Source: Octopus bimaculoides
Lineage: Eukaryota
Assembly (NCBI RefSeq): GCF_001194135.2
Contig: NC_068998.1
Location: 46,605,235 to 46,669,234, forward strand
Reading direction: 5' to 3'
DNA length: 64,000 nt
The notes beneath the pieces are model-generated. The model made no database searches. It had not been told where the DNA came from and saw nothing but the letters and a program-made list of their open reading frames with translations. This document shows, piece by piece, positions 12,841-26,815 of this stretch. Position 1 is the first letter of the stretch, and every line of letters starts with the position of its first letter. The position numbers and the translations under genes were made by a program.

Positions 12841-13939
12841 GGCTAACACAAAAGACAGAGTGAATGCATGCTTGATAATCTTCTACAATGTAAGCAATAT
12901 GGAAAATTATTTTTAAAAAATTATTTCTTCAATGCATAAATACTGTCCTGTGATAATCTAGAGACCCATGATCAGCCTGGATTAATATATCCAAGAACTT
13001 TCTGGAACAAATGCAACACAAAAACAACAGCACTACAACACAATAGAAGTATAGTGTAATGAACTATGTTATTTGTTTTTACAAAGACAAAGTGGGGATG
13101 GTTTCAATATTATGGAAAATGGTTCGTTATCAGGATGAAACAGAAAGTTCTATGGAAATAGTGGTTACAACAAAAGTCACATATGAGATCCATGTAGCTT
13201 TCATTGTAAAACGCTGCTTCTGAGGAAATTTTTTCTTTTTTTTTTTTTGCTTTTTCTTGATGGTGGGCCTATTGTTCAAAATGTCAAACACTGATTTCTT
13301 TTTTCATCACAATGTGAAATTAATTAACCTTGTACTTCTGTTCTTTTATTGATATTGACATGTAGAAGGGGTGCACATTTCAAGGAATGGTGGGTTAGTG
13401 GGGATAGGTGCACTCAATTAGGCCAGTTCCACACTACCCCAGTACAAGACTAGTATTTTATCATGTCTCTTATTCCACCAAAAATGTGAAAGGGTTGACT
13501 GAATGTGTGCACACACACACACACACAAATTTTCTATAAGTGTATGCATGTATGTACATATGTTTGTTCATATCTGGATTGAGTGGTACTGCTCAAGTGT
13601 TGAAACCCTAGTGGTATCTGTCAGACAGCTGACGATGGGATGCATATATTTGTTGTGTTTGTCTAATTGTAAATGCTTTACATTGTGGACCTTTTGTATT
13701 TTGTATTCTCGTTGTTTCAGTGTTGTCCTCCGTTGAGGGGTTCTGGTAAGAGTTAGACTTCTTCAGGAGATTTATAGCTTATGCTAGTCTTATTGTATAC
13801 ACAACACACTCATGCATACACACACACTCATGCATACACACACACACATGCATGCACGCACACACACACACACACACTCTGTGTGCATGTGTGTCCCATG
13901 CATATGTATATATAAACTCATGTCTTTGATCAATCCTTG

Positions 13940-14394
13940 CTATGAATTCGTGGTGGTTGGCACTCCGTCGCTTACGACGTTGAGGGTTCCAGTTGATCCG
14001 ATCAACGGAACAGCCTGCTTGTGAAATTAACGTGCAAGTGGTTGAGCACTCCACAGAGTTGTCGGGGATATTCAGCGTGACACACACAGTGTGACAAGGC
14101 TGACCCTTTGAATTACAGGCACAACAGAAACAGGAAGTAAGAGTGAAAGAAAGTAGTGATGAAAGAGTACAGCAGGGTTCGCCACCATCCCCTGCCGGAG
14201 CCTCGTGAAGCTTTAGGTGTTTTCGCTCAATAAACACTNNNNNNNNNNGGGTTCGCCACCATCCCCTGCCGGAGCCTCGTGAAGCTTTAGGTGTTTTCGC
14301 TCAATAAACACTCACAACGCCTGGTCTGGGAATCGAAACCGCGATCCTATGATCGCGAGTCCGCTGCCCTAACCACTGGACCGTTGCGCCTCCA
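13940..14394 (-). mobile_element. SINE family C (tRNA-derived, CpG-rich, young); contains a small gap with a duplicated overlap
   Basis: Minus-strand head TGGAGGCGCAACGGTCCAGTGGTTAGGGCAGCGGACTCGCGATCATAGGATCGCGGTTTCGATTCCC has A-box and B-box; nearly identical to 23545-23809. Confidence 0.9.
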
Positions 14395-14971
14395 CTATGA
14401 ATTCATAACCAATGATTATTTTGGGGCTTGCTCTGTCAGAAATAACAGCCAAATCCCCTACCAGTCACACTCTACCATCATTAATAACAGAAAGCTTTGC
14501 ATGGTAATGTAGTCTTAGATTCTTTGTACCTGAATAAAAGAGCTGGAGGGTTTCAGTTGCAATACCTTTGATCACACACCTGCTTGATCACAACTGACCT
14601 GGAAATTGAGTGAATGAAACATAAAAAGATAATTGATAAGCTTTTGTTTTTATTTTTCTTCTGTACGATAACGATGATGATAATAATGGTGCTGGTGGTG
14701 GTGTTGGTGGCAGCGGAGACAGTGGGAGTGCTGGTAACAGTAGCAACAGTGAGTTTAGGGGTGTTGTGGTTGTGGCGACAGTGGGTTTTGGGGGTTGTGG
14801 TGGGTAGGGGTGTAACTCAAGCGTTTATTCATTCAAACTGTAAAGCATATGAAATGTGCAACAGAAATAGTTTTTGAATATTATTTTTGATTTGAACTTT
14901 GAACTCTTACAAACTGACAAAGGTACACTGACTGGGAGTAGATTTTTAAATGCATATATGTGTGTGAGTTT

Positions 14972-15003
<32 letters not shown>

Positions 15004-15045
15004 CTGTATGCACGTGTATGTGTGTATGTGTGTATATATATATTT

Positions 15046-15183
15046 ACAGGGCTTAGAAAAACTGAAGGACTGCTGCAGTAAGTGTGTGAATCTGAGAGGG
15101 GAACATGTTGAATAAAATCTCAATTAGCTGATCCTCTGGTATTTTCTTTTACTCAAAGCCAGGAACTTTTCAGCACTCCCACA
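15046..15183 (+). mobile_element. Mariner 3' terminal fragment
   Basis: Translates LEKLKDCCSKCVNLRGEHVE*, a typical mariner transposase C-terminus, then TIR ggaacttttcagcact..; reverse-complement copy at 55526-55710. Confidence 0.75.
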
Positions 15184-16057
15184 TATGTGTATATATCATA
15201 ATCATCATCATCCAGTGTTTTAAATTTGGGTTTTGTCCCCATTAACAGTGGTTGCCGGATCTACCTCAATGCCATAGCAACTGAGGCTGGCAGGTGCAGC
15301 CCACCCCAACCTTTGGGTGGGCGGGCTGGCTGGTGCCCTTTCTCCCTTACTTTCATGAGGCTTTTTTGGAGCTGGATTTTCTACAGGGAGCATGCCCTTG
15401 CTTACCCCAGCATGGCCACAGTCAAACAACTGAAGCAAATAAAAGAATATATGTAACTGTAAACATTGTTATATGGTTAAGATATTCATGGTTACAGGGT
15501 CTAGAGTTCAATCCCAGCGTGCAACATCTTGAATCTTGTGCGAGTCTCTTCTGTTTTGCGAGCGTATTTAGCAGATGGAAAATTTGCTGAAGTATATGTG
15601 TGGGCGTTTAGTGTACTTCTCTCTCACACACACACACATCAACACACATACATACATGCTCATGCACACACACACATACATTCAAGGTCAGCATTGCTTT
15701 TCATGATGAAACAAGAAAACAGCGTAACACAAACGCTAAAATGCAACCCATGTTACTGTACTTGCAGGTCTTGACTTGTTTCGCCAGAGCGTCTCTCAGA
15801 CATGATTTCTCTTAATTTGCCTAATTATGCAGTGTTATTTAGCTTTTCGAAACAAGTTCTCAGAAACTGACGTAAAGAGAGAAAGACCCATGTGCATATA
15901 TATATATGTGCGTGTGTTTGTGTGCATGTGTGTGTGTGTGTGCATATACACACAGAAAACTTTGAAGTCACTGTCACCACTTTGTCTTTTAGAAGGACAA
16001 TACATACAAAAGCCATGCTAAAACAGATGGTGAAGCTTGCTGCAATATCCTTTTGTA

Positions 16058-16265
16058 CTCTAGGCATAAGGCCCGGATTTTTTGGGGATGGGGCCAGTCG
16101 ATTAGGTCAACCCCAGTATGCAACTGGTACTTAATTTATCAACCCTGAAAGGATAAAAGGTAAAGTTGACCTTGGCAGAATTTGAACTCAGAACATTAAG
16201 GCAGACGAAATACCGCAAAGCATTTTGCCCGGCGTGCCAGCGTTTCTGCCAGCTTGCAAGCCTTC
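16058..16265 (-). mobile_element. SINE family A (tail type 1)
   Basis: Family A body, with tail ..tactctaggcataaggcc..attttttgggg... Confidence 0.8.
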
Positions 16266-16979
16266 TTGGTGCAATCTACTGCCCAGCCAGTTCATGTGGA
16301 ACCATCCAACCCATGCCAGCATGGAAAACGGACATTAAATGATGATGATACGCATACATACATGCACACACACACACACACGCATATATACAAACACAGA
16401 CGCATACACACACGCCCCCCCCCACCACACATGTAATCCATGCTAGTATGGACAAATGGAAGTTGAATGATGCTAATGAATATGTGTGTGTGTATGTATA
16501 GATATANNNNNNNNNNNNNNNNNNNNNNNNNNNNNNNNNNNNNNNNNNNNNNNNNNNNNNNNNNNNNNNNNNNNNNNNNNNNNNNNNNNNNNNNNNNNNN
16601 NNNNNNNNNNNNNNNNNNNNNNNNNNNNNNNNNNNNNNNNNNNNNNNNNNNNNNNNNNNNNNNNNNNNNNNNNNNNNNNNNNNNNNNNNNNNNNNNNNNN
16701 NNNNNNNNNNNNNNNNNNNNNNNNNNNNNNNNNNNNNNNNNNNNNNNNNNNNNNNNNNNNNNNNNNNNNNNNNNNNNNNNNNNNNNNNNNNNNNNNNNNN
16801 NNNNNNNNNNNNNNNNNNNNNNNNNNNNNNNNNNNNNNNNNNNNNNNNNNNNNNNNNNNNNNNNNNNNNNNNNNNNNNNNNNNNNNNNNNNNNNNNNNNN
16901 NNNNNNNNNNNNNNNNNNNNNNNNNNNNNNNNNNNNNNNNNNNNNNNNNGTTGGAATGGAGCTTGTATTACTACCATGG

Positions 16980-17430
16980 TGATAGATGTGTGTTGTGATG
17001 ATGGTGGTGGTGGTGATTGTGATGAGGGTGGTGGTCGTTGTGATGGCGATGGTGGTAGTGTTGGTGGTTGGATGAGGGTGTTGGAGGCGATGGTGGTAGC
17101 GGTAGTGATGACAGTTTTGATGTCGATGGTAGTAGCCTGATGTTGGTAAGGTTGGCGACGGTAGTAGTTGTGATGGTGTAATGGTTATAGTGGTAGTGAT
17201 ATAGTGATGGTGGTGGTGGTGGTAGTAGTGGTGGTGATAGTGATTGTGGTCTTGGTGGTATTGGTTGTAATGGCTCTGTTATAGTTGGTGGTATTGGTGT
17301 TGGAAGTGGTGGTGGCTGCAGTGCAGGTGGTGGTGTTAATGCTATTAAGGGAAGTGTTAATAGAGATGATAATGGTAGTCTTGGTGATGATGATGGTCAT
17401 GGTAGTTATAGAAGTGGTAACAATGCTGGT
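16980..17430. repeat. (GGT/GAT/GTA) mosaic low-complexity tract
   Basis: Visible degenerate triplet repeats. Confidence 0.9.
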
Positions 17431-18001
17431 GATGTTGGACTGGTTCTATATTTAGGAGAATGGGATTATGTGACATTAAGGTGACAAACTGGCAGAAACT
17501 TGAGTTAGGGAGGCGGGGCAAAAGAGTAGGAGATGACTGACAGTGCAAAGCAGCAGCAGAATATTAATGATGATACAGTAGACAGGAGATGGACAAGAGC
17601 AAGAAAGATGACACACACCAGTCTCTTCTGCGGAGCTGTTAAGTTATGAGTGGGGGGGACATAAACAAACCAACACTGGTTGTCAAGCGATGGTAGTGGT
17701 GGTGGGACAAATACACCACAATCTGAAAAACATGCATTCACACACGCGCGTGCGTATACACACTTATGTACACCCAATAGGTTTCCACGAGGTTTTCATG
17801 AGAAAAAAGATGGGATGGTCTTGGTTGGAATGCTTTTGATCATAGGACTGTTTGATCAGACCAAGTATCCCTCCCCTCCTCCTCCTCCCTCCCACCATAG
17901 AATGCTATCCACTGCAAACCCTCTTCTATACACTTCCCTCCTTGCTCTACAAACATTGACCTACAGAAAAGTTCATTTTTGAAGGTTAACTTTATTGATC
18001 T

Positions 18002-18042
<41 letters not shown>

Positions 18043-18228
18043 TTGGGCGTGACCTGCAAAGATCATGGGTTCCTCTGTCTCTGGGTGTGACCTGCAAAGG
18101 TCACAAGCACTGCTTTGCACTTCATCCTCTGATCATGTATTTAATAAGTGTTTATGTACCAGGGTATGGAGTTAATGATATAGTTCATGGTGTAGGTTAT
18201 GTATATATGTATAAACACACTCATACAC

Positions 18229-18268
<40 letters not shown>

Positions 18269-18303
18269 NNNNNNNNNNATATATATATATATATGTTTGT
18301 ATG

Positions 18304-18339
<36 letters not shown>

Positions 18340-18513
18340 TATATATGTAAATATATATACATACACACATACACACACATATATATGTATGTATGTATAT
18401 ATAAATATATGTGCAATATATACACATATCTATATCATCATCATTTAACGTCCATTTTCCATGCTGGCATGGGTTAGATGGTTTGACAGGAGTTGGCAAG
18501 TCAAAAGACTGCA

Positions 18514-18553
<40 letters not shown>

Positions 18554-19262
18554 ACGCACACATGATGCACAATCACACATGTATATACACACACACATAG
18601 ATGTACACACACACACACACACACACATACAGACGCACATACACATATAGTAGCTGTTATTTACAAGAGGAGTACTGTTAGGAAGTGTGTGTGTGTGTGT
18701 GTGTGTGTGAGAAAGAGAAGATAAAGAAGAGATAGGAAGGGGTGGGAAAGAAAGAGAGCACTAAGAAGAGATTAAGCGATTATTAACGAAACATTAAATA
18801 ATACACAGTTAAGTAGATCTTGAGAGATAATCTCTCTACTGCAATATATAACATTGAGGCGGAGGTGTAGCACTGGTTAGTAGTGGTGGTCATGGTGTTA
18901 GGACATTGCTGGTGTTAGTGGCGGTGGTGGGAGATATAACAGTGGGGTAGCATTGGTTTGTAGTGGTTGTGGTCTGAAGACAGTTTTAGTGGTGGTAGTG
19001 GTGGTAGGGATCATGGTATTAGCATCCTGCTGGTGGTAGTGGTGATGTTTGTGGTGGTGCTAGTGCTGGTGATGTTGGATAGTGGTGTTGATGGTGGTGG
19101 TGGTGGTGGTGCTGGTGCTGGTAGTAATGTTGGGACACTACAACTACTACTACTACTACTACTACTACTTGTGTACACAAACTGTTTAATGGTACATTGA
19201 TTGCCAGCTGTTCTTCTTAAACATCTGACCATGTTGGTCAATTGGTCAATATTGCAGTCATT

Positions 19263-19297
<35 letters not shown>

Positions 19298-19536
19298 TGG
19301 CCAGTGTGCATGTTGTGTAGTTTGTTGACCAAATGACCGGTTTTACTGATTCATTCACCAGTTAAATGCGAGTCTGGCGACGCTGGTGTTGGTGTTGGTT
19401 TGCATTGGCAAACACTATATCTACTGATGTTAGTGAGTCTAGTTATGTTCTGGTGCCATGGGGCCCCTCTTCTCCCCACATTATCGAAACTTGACTGAAC
19501 TTATTAACATCATTGTGTATGTACGTCTATATATAT

Positions 19537-19775
19537 CTTTTATCTTTTGTCTTTTTCAAGTTGCAGTCAGTAGACTGTGGCCATGCTGGGGCACCACCTT
19601 GAAGAATTTTTTGTTGAAGGAATCAACTCCAGTAATTTTAAATTTTTGTTTTTCTTTTAAGCCTAGCACTTATTCTGTCAGCCTCTTTTGCCGAACTTCT
19701 AAATTATGGGGACATAAAAACACCAACACCACTTGTCAAACAGTGGTGGGGTTCAAACGCAGGCACAAAGGCTCA

Positions 19776-19829
<54 letters not shown>

Positions 19830-19986
19830 GCAGGTTTCTTTCAGTTTCCATCTACCAAATCCACGCACATGGCTTTGGTTGGCCTTAGGCTATAATAGAA
19901 GACACTTGCCCAAGATGCCGTGCAGTGGGACTGAAACCAGAGACATGTGGTTGGGAAGCAAGCTTCTTACCATACAGCCATGCCTC
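19537..19986 (-). mobile_element. SINE family B, full length
   Basis: Reverse complement of the family B consensus with internal (CA)n. Confidence 0.85.
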
Positions 19987-20480
19987 TATATATATTATGC
20001 ATATCATCATCATCATCATTTAGTTCCACTTTTCCATGCTTGAGTAATAAGATGGAATTGGTCAAGTCAGATTTTCTATAACTTGGATGCCCTTCTTGTA
20101 ACTATCTCTCACCTGATTCCAAGCAAGGTAATGTTTCCCCTGTGCCCAGATGTGCTTTTCATGGACAACTGGGAATGAACAACCTCACTTATGTGACGAA
20201 GGTGCTCGTTTACAACCATCACGTGATGTCAAGACGAGGAAGGGTATATACACAAACCCATTCATACACGAGTGAGATGCAGGGCTCCAACTCGTGGTGG
20301 AGTGCAGGATGTGTGCAACCCGTACATGAAAGTGTATGTAAGATATTAATGAGGATGCTGATGAATGAGGTGGATGATGATGATGATGATTATGTGTGTG
20401 TGTGTGTGTGTGTAAATATATGAGACTCACATGCACACATGTGTGCGCACATCATCGTCAGTAGCAACAACAGATGTGAT

Positions 20481-20511
<31 letters not shown>

Positions 20512-21032
20512 TTAGGGAAAATAACCAAGTTTCAAGAACTCATCGATGAAAATCCACTATCGCATATAGAAAAATTAATAATTAAAAGCACAATAAATGA
20601 GTATAATATAAAGTAAAGTAAATATAAGATAAATATAATATAATATCATATTTATCTTATGATATTTACTTTACTTTATATTATATTATATTTATCTTAT
20701 GATATTTACTTTACTTTATATTATACTCATTTATTGTGCTTTTAATTATTAATTTTTCTATNNNNNNNNNNNNNNNNNNNNNNNNNNNNNNNNNNNNNNN
20801 NNNNNNNNNNNNNNNNNNNNNNNNNNNNNNNNNNNNNNNNNNNNNNNNNNNNNNNNNNNNNNNNNNNNNNNNNNNNNNNNNNNNNNNNNNNNNNNNNNNN
20901 NNNNNNNNNNNNNNNNNNNNNNNNNNNNNNNNNNNNNNNNNNNNNNNNNNNNNNNNNNNNNNNNNNNNNNNNNNNNNNNNNNNNNNNNNNNNNNNNNNNN
21001 NNNNNNNNNTATATATATATATATATATATAT

Positions 21033-21402
21033 TTACTCTTTTACTTGTTTCAGTCATTTGATTAAGGCCATGCTGAAGCACCACCTTTAGTCAAAGAAAT
21101 CGACCCCAGGACTTATTCTTTGTAAGCCTAGTATTTATTCTATCGGTCTCTTTTGCCGAACTGCTAAGTTACGAGAACGTACACACCAACATCGGTTGTC
21201 AAAGTGATGTTGGAGGGACAAACACAGAAACATAAAGATGCATGATGATCTTCTTTCAGTTTCCGTCTACCAAATTACCAAATCTACTCAGAAGGCTTTG
21301 GTTGGCCCGAGGCTATAGTAGAAAACACTTGCCGAAGGTGCCATGCACTGCAACTAAATCTGGAACCATGTGGTTGGGAAGCAAGCTTCTTACCACACAG
21401 CC

Positions 21403-21406
<4 letters not shown>
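21033..21406 (-). mobile_element. SINE family B, full length
   Basis: Reverse complement of the family B consensus; high similarity to 49161-49570. Confidence 0.85.
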
Positions 21407-21463
<57 letters not shown>

Positions 21464-22169
21464 AGGGAATAAAAGAGAAAAAAATGTGTTGGAGGGAGGA
21501 ATGGAAGAGAGACTGTAATTGAAGGAGAGGTACTGATGTTTGCCATTCACTGAGAGTCCAAGTTTTAAGTAGTCATAGAGGCAGGTGATGGCAAGGGAGA
21601 ATTATGTGATCCATCACTAAACAGACATCACAGTAAGAGAGATAGATGGAGAGAGAGGTAGTGATGGTGGTTGTGGCAATTGGATTGGACAAGATCCAAG
21701 GTTGTCTCTCATTAATGGGCATCATCATAGAGTAGGAGAGTGTGGGGTGGGGTGGGGAGATAAGAGGGTATCAGAGAGATGGGGATGATAGAGGATGGAA
21801 GATTAACAGGGATATATAATGGGCACATGGCCTAGTGCTTAGTGCACTCACGACTGCAAAATCATGGTTTTGATCTTCGGACCTGGCAGTTCATTGTGTT
21901 CTTCAGCAAAATACTTAATTTCATGTTACACTGCGATCACATCAACACCTGATGTGTATTGCACTATGCACCTGTACAGGTAATGTGAATTTGATGGCGG
22001 GATCCTTTCAAGCAAATCGTCTGTGTAGATTGCTCTCAAAGAAACTGCAAAACCAGCACTTGAGAAACCACAATAAAAAAAAAAAGGGAAAAGGGGTCTA
22101 GGTGAGGATTGATCCTACACCCCAGTCTCCATTTTCAATACAAATTTATGATGTTTCTACAGATGGGTG

Positions 22170-22550
22170 GGTATGTCCAGCACCTCATGTCACCAATAGT
22201 TACGGTCTTTTGTCATATCTTTCACCAGACTCAGCATCTTGAAATCAGTCTTCATTCCACTTCTACGGGTTTGATCCACTTCAAGCACTCAACACTTGTT
22301 TATGCATCTGTCATCCTTCATACGTGTCTCGTACCCATACCAGTACAGTATGCTTTATCTGGTTCCTCTTATGCCCACTTTCAGCTCATTTGGGCTCCAT
22401 TGTTCACGTCCCCTAACATGACACGGCTAGCAGAGCATGCTGACTCCATTTCTTTCTAGTCTTTTCAAATACCTTGCATTCAATGCCCAGATCTCTTTAC
22501 TGTGCATTGCTGTTGTCTGCACACAAGTCCCATACAACCTACTTTTCACT

Positions 22551-22560
<10 letters not shown>
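22170..22560 (-). mobile_element. RTE-clade LINE, decayed C-terminal ORF fragment
   Basis: Minus-strand SVKSRLYGTCVQTTAMHSKEIWAL...KRLERN...MLC, followed by degenerate W-G-H..RM and D-R..W motifs, typical of the RTE post-RT region; contains stops. Confidence 0.75.
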
Positions 22561-22582
<22 letters not shown>

Positions 22583-23009
22583 TAGAGAGAGATTCTGATG
22601 TCTGCATATTAGTGACTCCCTGAACTTCTCCACCCCATTCTTACTCTGACTGCAAAGCTATCTGTACACATATCTACCCTGTTAATTAGGTCACCTAGGT
22701 AACAAAAGCTATCGATTACTTCTAGTAAGCTGTCTTAGTTATTATAAGGAAGTTATTTCACTTGCATTTTTCTACTACTACTACTACTACTACTACTACT
22801 TATTCATTATACTATTTATTAATCTATGCATCTGTCACATGATGTTTACCTCCTCTGTCAACCAGGCTGTGATCTGGTTACACGTCATGCTGTGCATCCG
22901 TACTTTACACCAGTTATGAGCAAACTGCAGCTTGCAGGGCTTTCTGAGTTGCTTGCCTCCTTGGATGCTATTAGTAATGCAATCTACTTGATGATGAGCC
23001 ATGTCTTAT

Positions 23010-23150
23010 GTGGATGCATGTGGCTTAGTGATTGGACTCATGATTGTAAGATTGTGGTTTCGATTCCTGGACTGGGTGACGCGTTGGGTTGTTGCGTAAA
23101 ACGCTTCATTTCACCTTGCTCCTGTCTACTCAGCTGGCAAAATGAGTAAT
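23010..23150 (+). mobile_element. Older tRNA-derived SINE family E head (related copies about 21830-21930 +, 24430-24530 -, 38640-38750 -)
   Basis: gtggcttagtg..ggactcatgattgtaagattgtggtttcgattcctggactggg has A-box and B-box; recurs with divergence at the listed sites. Confidence 0.65.
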
Positions 23151-23544
23151 CCTCTGACTGACTAGTGTCCAGTCCAGGACATATATATATATATACAACC
23201 CATGCTAGCATGGAAAGCGGACGTTAAACGATGATGATGATGATGATATATAGATAGATGGACACAAACACACTCGCTCGCTCACTCACTCACACATGCA
23301 TGCACACACACACCACTTTCTAACTCCACCCCAACCCCCTCTCTTCTAAAACATAAGTAGTGATGTAGCTCCCCTTCAGCAAGAAACCTATTCTATTTCA
23401 GACCTTTTCCTTCATGTTTTACCCCTCTTTTATTCCTTATTCTCCAAACATAAAAGTTCACCCTTCCCACACAAGGATCAGAGTCTTGCAGACTGCATAT
23501 CAGCTTCACTAGAAAATACAAGCACCCAGCACACACTGGCCATT

Positions 23545-23809
23545 AACGTAGTTCTCGGGGATATTCAGCGTGACACAGTGTGACAAGGCTGACCCTTTGA
23601 ATTACAGGCACAACAGAAACAGGAAGTAAGAGTGAGAGAAAGTTGTGGTGAAAGAGTACAGCAGGGTTCGCCACCATCCCCTGCCAGAGCCTCGTGGAGC
23701 TTTAGGTGTTTTCGCTCAATAAACACTCACAACGCCTGGTCTGGGAATCGAAACCGCGATCCTATGACCGCGAGTCCGCTGCCCTAACCACTGGGCCATT
23801 ACGCCTCCA
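23545..23809 (-). mobile_element. SINE family C (tRNA-derived, young)
   Basis: Near-identical to the 14 kb copy over about 250 nt, with CpGs intact. Confidence 0.9.
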
Positions 23810-24179
23810 TGGAGCATGATGCATTCCTTATGCATCTTACACCAACTCTAATACAAGTTCTCTCTCTCTCTCTCACACACACACTTAAATACAGATTTTG
23901 AGATCTGTCTGTGAAACATTTAAGGAAGATAATCCTGCTTGATTTGGAGAGATTAGAGAGATTATAGTAGTAGTAGTTCAAGTAGTACGTATGTAAGTAA
24001 ATTAGTAGGTAATGTTACAAAGATAGGTATATATCTGTTAACACTTCCATATTTTATATGCACTCACTCTCACTCAAGCTCAGCCTTACTTTACTGTCAG
24101 CACTTGACTAAGTCACTATCAATCTATCCCTCTCTCTCTCCCCCTATCTATCTCTCTGTCTACCTGTACATATGTATAA

Positions 24180-24225
<46 letters not shown>

Positions 24226-24228
<3 letters not shown>

Positions 24229-24410
24229 GGTACAGTGAATACACTGTTGTCTAAATTATGCAAAAATGAACATAACACTGACATCTCATTTTAACATGTA
24301 TTTACTGAGATTACCTAAAAATATCTTGAAATACTAAAGAGTAAATTTATTCAGTAAAATTGCCATTGGTTTCAACCAGGGCCTCCGAGCAACTTTGGAC
24401 GGTCCCTTTG
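24226..24410 (-). mobile_element. Tc1/mariner (DD37D/maT-like) 3' terminal fragment
   Basis: Starts TA-caggg. Minus strand encodes EALVETNGNFTE*, resembling the EAVVEANGxxxE* end of maT-type transposases. Confidence 0.55.
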
Positions 24411-25079
24411 TTTAAGTTGGTGAATGTGCTTTCAGTTCTTCTTTGGAGCAGCTCAAGAACACAACACACAGCCCAGTCTTGGAATTGAACTCACCTCATG
24501 ATTGTAAGCCTAACCAGTGAGCCATGTACCTTCACATTGTTTGTGTGTGTGTGTGTCACTGTGTCTATTTCATATATGTATATTTACCACCATTAGGATA
24601 GCATGACAAGAAACTTCAAGTAGTAGTGAAGTGTTTTGTCATTGAAATGAATGAACTCTACTACTTGTGTTGAGTACATTTTCTTCCACTTGCTTATTGA
24701 AATACCATACATAGACCTTCCCCCCCACCACACACACATACAAATACACACACACACACACATACATGCACAGACACACATATGTTCATATAGATACCGT
24801 ACACAGAATTCACATTCATGCAACCTGTAAGCATAACACACATACGTTCTGCTGCAAGATTTTATGAAAATGTCAGGCATTATGAGAAAGCTGCTTAAAA
24901 ATCGATGTTTGAGTCTTTGGTGCAGAAGGTGGACAGACGGAGTGGTGTGGACTGTTGGGTGGAAGGGCAGGGAGGTGAATGGATGTATGGAGGTTGTTCA
25001 AGGGGTGGATGGGGGAGTGGCTGGAAGGATGGATACGTAGATGGAATCATTTTGTTTCTCTGTTGCTGTCTGCAATACT

Positions 25080-25565
25080 AGAGTCATGCTGCTGTAGTAA
25101 TATGACTGTAGTACCTCTAGTGTAACTGTAGTGTAACGTAACTGTGTGACTAAATGTGACTGGAACTACAGTTATACTACAATTGTAGTGTAACTGTAGT
25201 TTGGTTGTAGTCACTCTAGTGTGTCTGTAGTGTGACAAGAGGGACGTCACTGTAATTCTAGTGTGATGGGAGTGTGACTGGCTGTGTGACTAATGTGACT
25301 AACATAATTGTAGTGTAACTGTAGTGTGTCTAGTGTGACAAGTGGGACATCACTGTAACTCTAGTGTGATTGGTGTGTAACTGTTGTGACTGTAATATAA
25401 TTGTAGTATCACATCAGTGGGGTTGTAGTGTGACTGGGGAGTGCAGTGGGCATGTAGTGTGACTGTAGAGTAACTGTAGTGTGACAGTAGTGTAACTTAT
25501 GTAATAATGGTGTGACTATGGTGTAACTAATGCAACAGTAATGTGACTAATGTGATGTGAAGTGA
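25080..25565. repeat. Degenerate GTAGTGT(G/A)ACT-type tandem repeat
   Basis: Repeated tgtagtgtaact/gtagtgtgac units over about 480 nt. Confidence 0.8.
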
Positions 25566-26356
25566 CAGTCAAACTGCAACTGACAGTTGTAAACATGAAG
25601 TCAGTGTACACCAACATCAGTTCAGAAGAACTAAAATTTAGATCTAGACAGTTTAACTGTCAATGCAACTACCAATGCATTACCATTGTTACCACATCAG
25701 TCACCACCACCACCACCACCGCCACTATCTCCCAACATTACCACTGCTACCACTACATCCATCAATGCATCGGAAGCCTCATCACCACCACCACCATCAT
25801 TATCACCCCCCCACCCACCACCACTGCTACCAACATCACTGTCACCACTATCATCACTGCTATCACCACCACCACAACCATCACCACTGTCATTACCACA
25901 ACTGCTGCCGCCACCACCACCACCACCATCAACTCACCCAACTCCTGTAACAAATCTATTCAAAATCTTTCATATCTGAAGGAAATTAAAAAGGAATTCT
26001 GTAGAAATAGTAAAGTTATCTCTGCCCCCTTCCCTCCCGTCTCCTCCCACACTTACCTTCCTCCTTGTCGTCGTCGTCGTCGTCCCCCTCCTCCTCTTCA
26101 CTTCACTTCCACCCCCACATCAGGTTCTGTAATTAAGGAATCACAAATAAAGTTAGTAGTTTCTAAAAATAAATTTGAAAGAGATTAGCCATGAATGGGC
26201 GATACTTTGAAGCACCAACAAACAACAACAACAACNNNNNNNNNNCCACCCCCACATCAGGTTCTGTAATTAAGGAATCACAAATAAAGTTAGTAGTTTC
26301 TAAAAATAAATTTGAAAGAGATTAGCCATGAATGGGCGATACTTTGAAGCACCAAC

Positions 26357-26430
<74 letters not shown>

Positions 26431-26815
26431 GCAGCAGCAGCAATAACAACAACAATAACGATCATATCATACCATCAAGATCCAAGTGAAATTTTATGTG
26501 GCTGTTTGATCTGTTACAAATAGCAGCCATACTTCTTTGAAATCACACATTACTTTTAGAAAAGGATGTGTTGGATAATATATATATAGTGCTGAGTTCA
26601 TTGTACATGGTAAAAAAGATGGGGTGGCCATGTCTGGAACACCTTCGATACTAGGTCTTCTGGATCAAAGCTGACCTAGAACTAAACAAAAACAACTATA
26701 GCAACAAACATAATGACAAGATTTCTGAGAAGTTGTGGTGTAATTGTAGTTTGTACAGTAGTTTTAGTGGTGTGTGGTCGTAATGTGTGATTTTAGTAAT
26801 GTTGTGTGTGTGGTA

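Noticed and set aside
14148-14310. Apparent tandem duplications across short N-gaps (also 26111-26370)
   Set aside because: Exact duplicates on both sides of a 10-N spacer are the signature of unmerged contig overlaps.
22826-23149. ORF containing LSELLASLDAISNAI as a candidate N-terminal WHD exon
   Set aside because: Similarity stops after a few residues, there is no RQLS/IF.EL continuation or convincing phase-1 donor, and the ORF runs into a SINE head.
23730-23809. Functional tRNA genes at tRNA-like heads (also 14320-14394, 49161-49230)
   Set aside because: There are no paired acceptor stems or anticodon stems, and each head continues into a shared repeat body, so these are SINEs.
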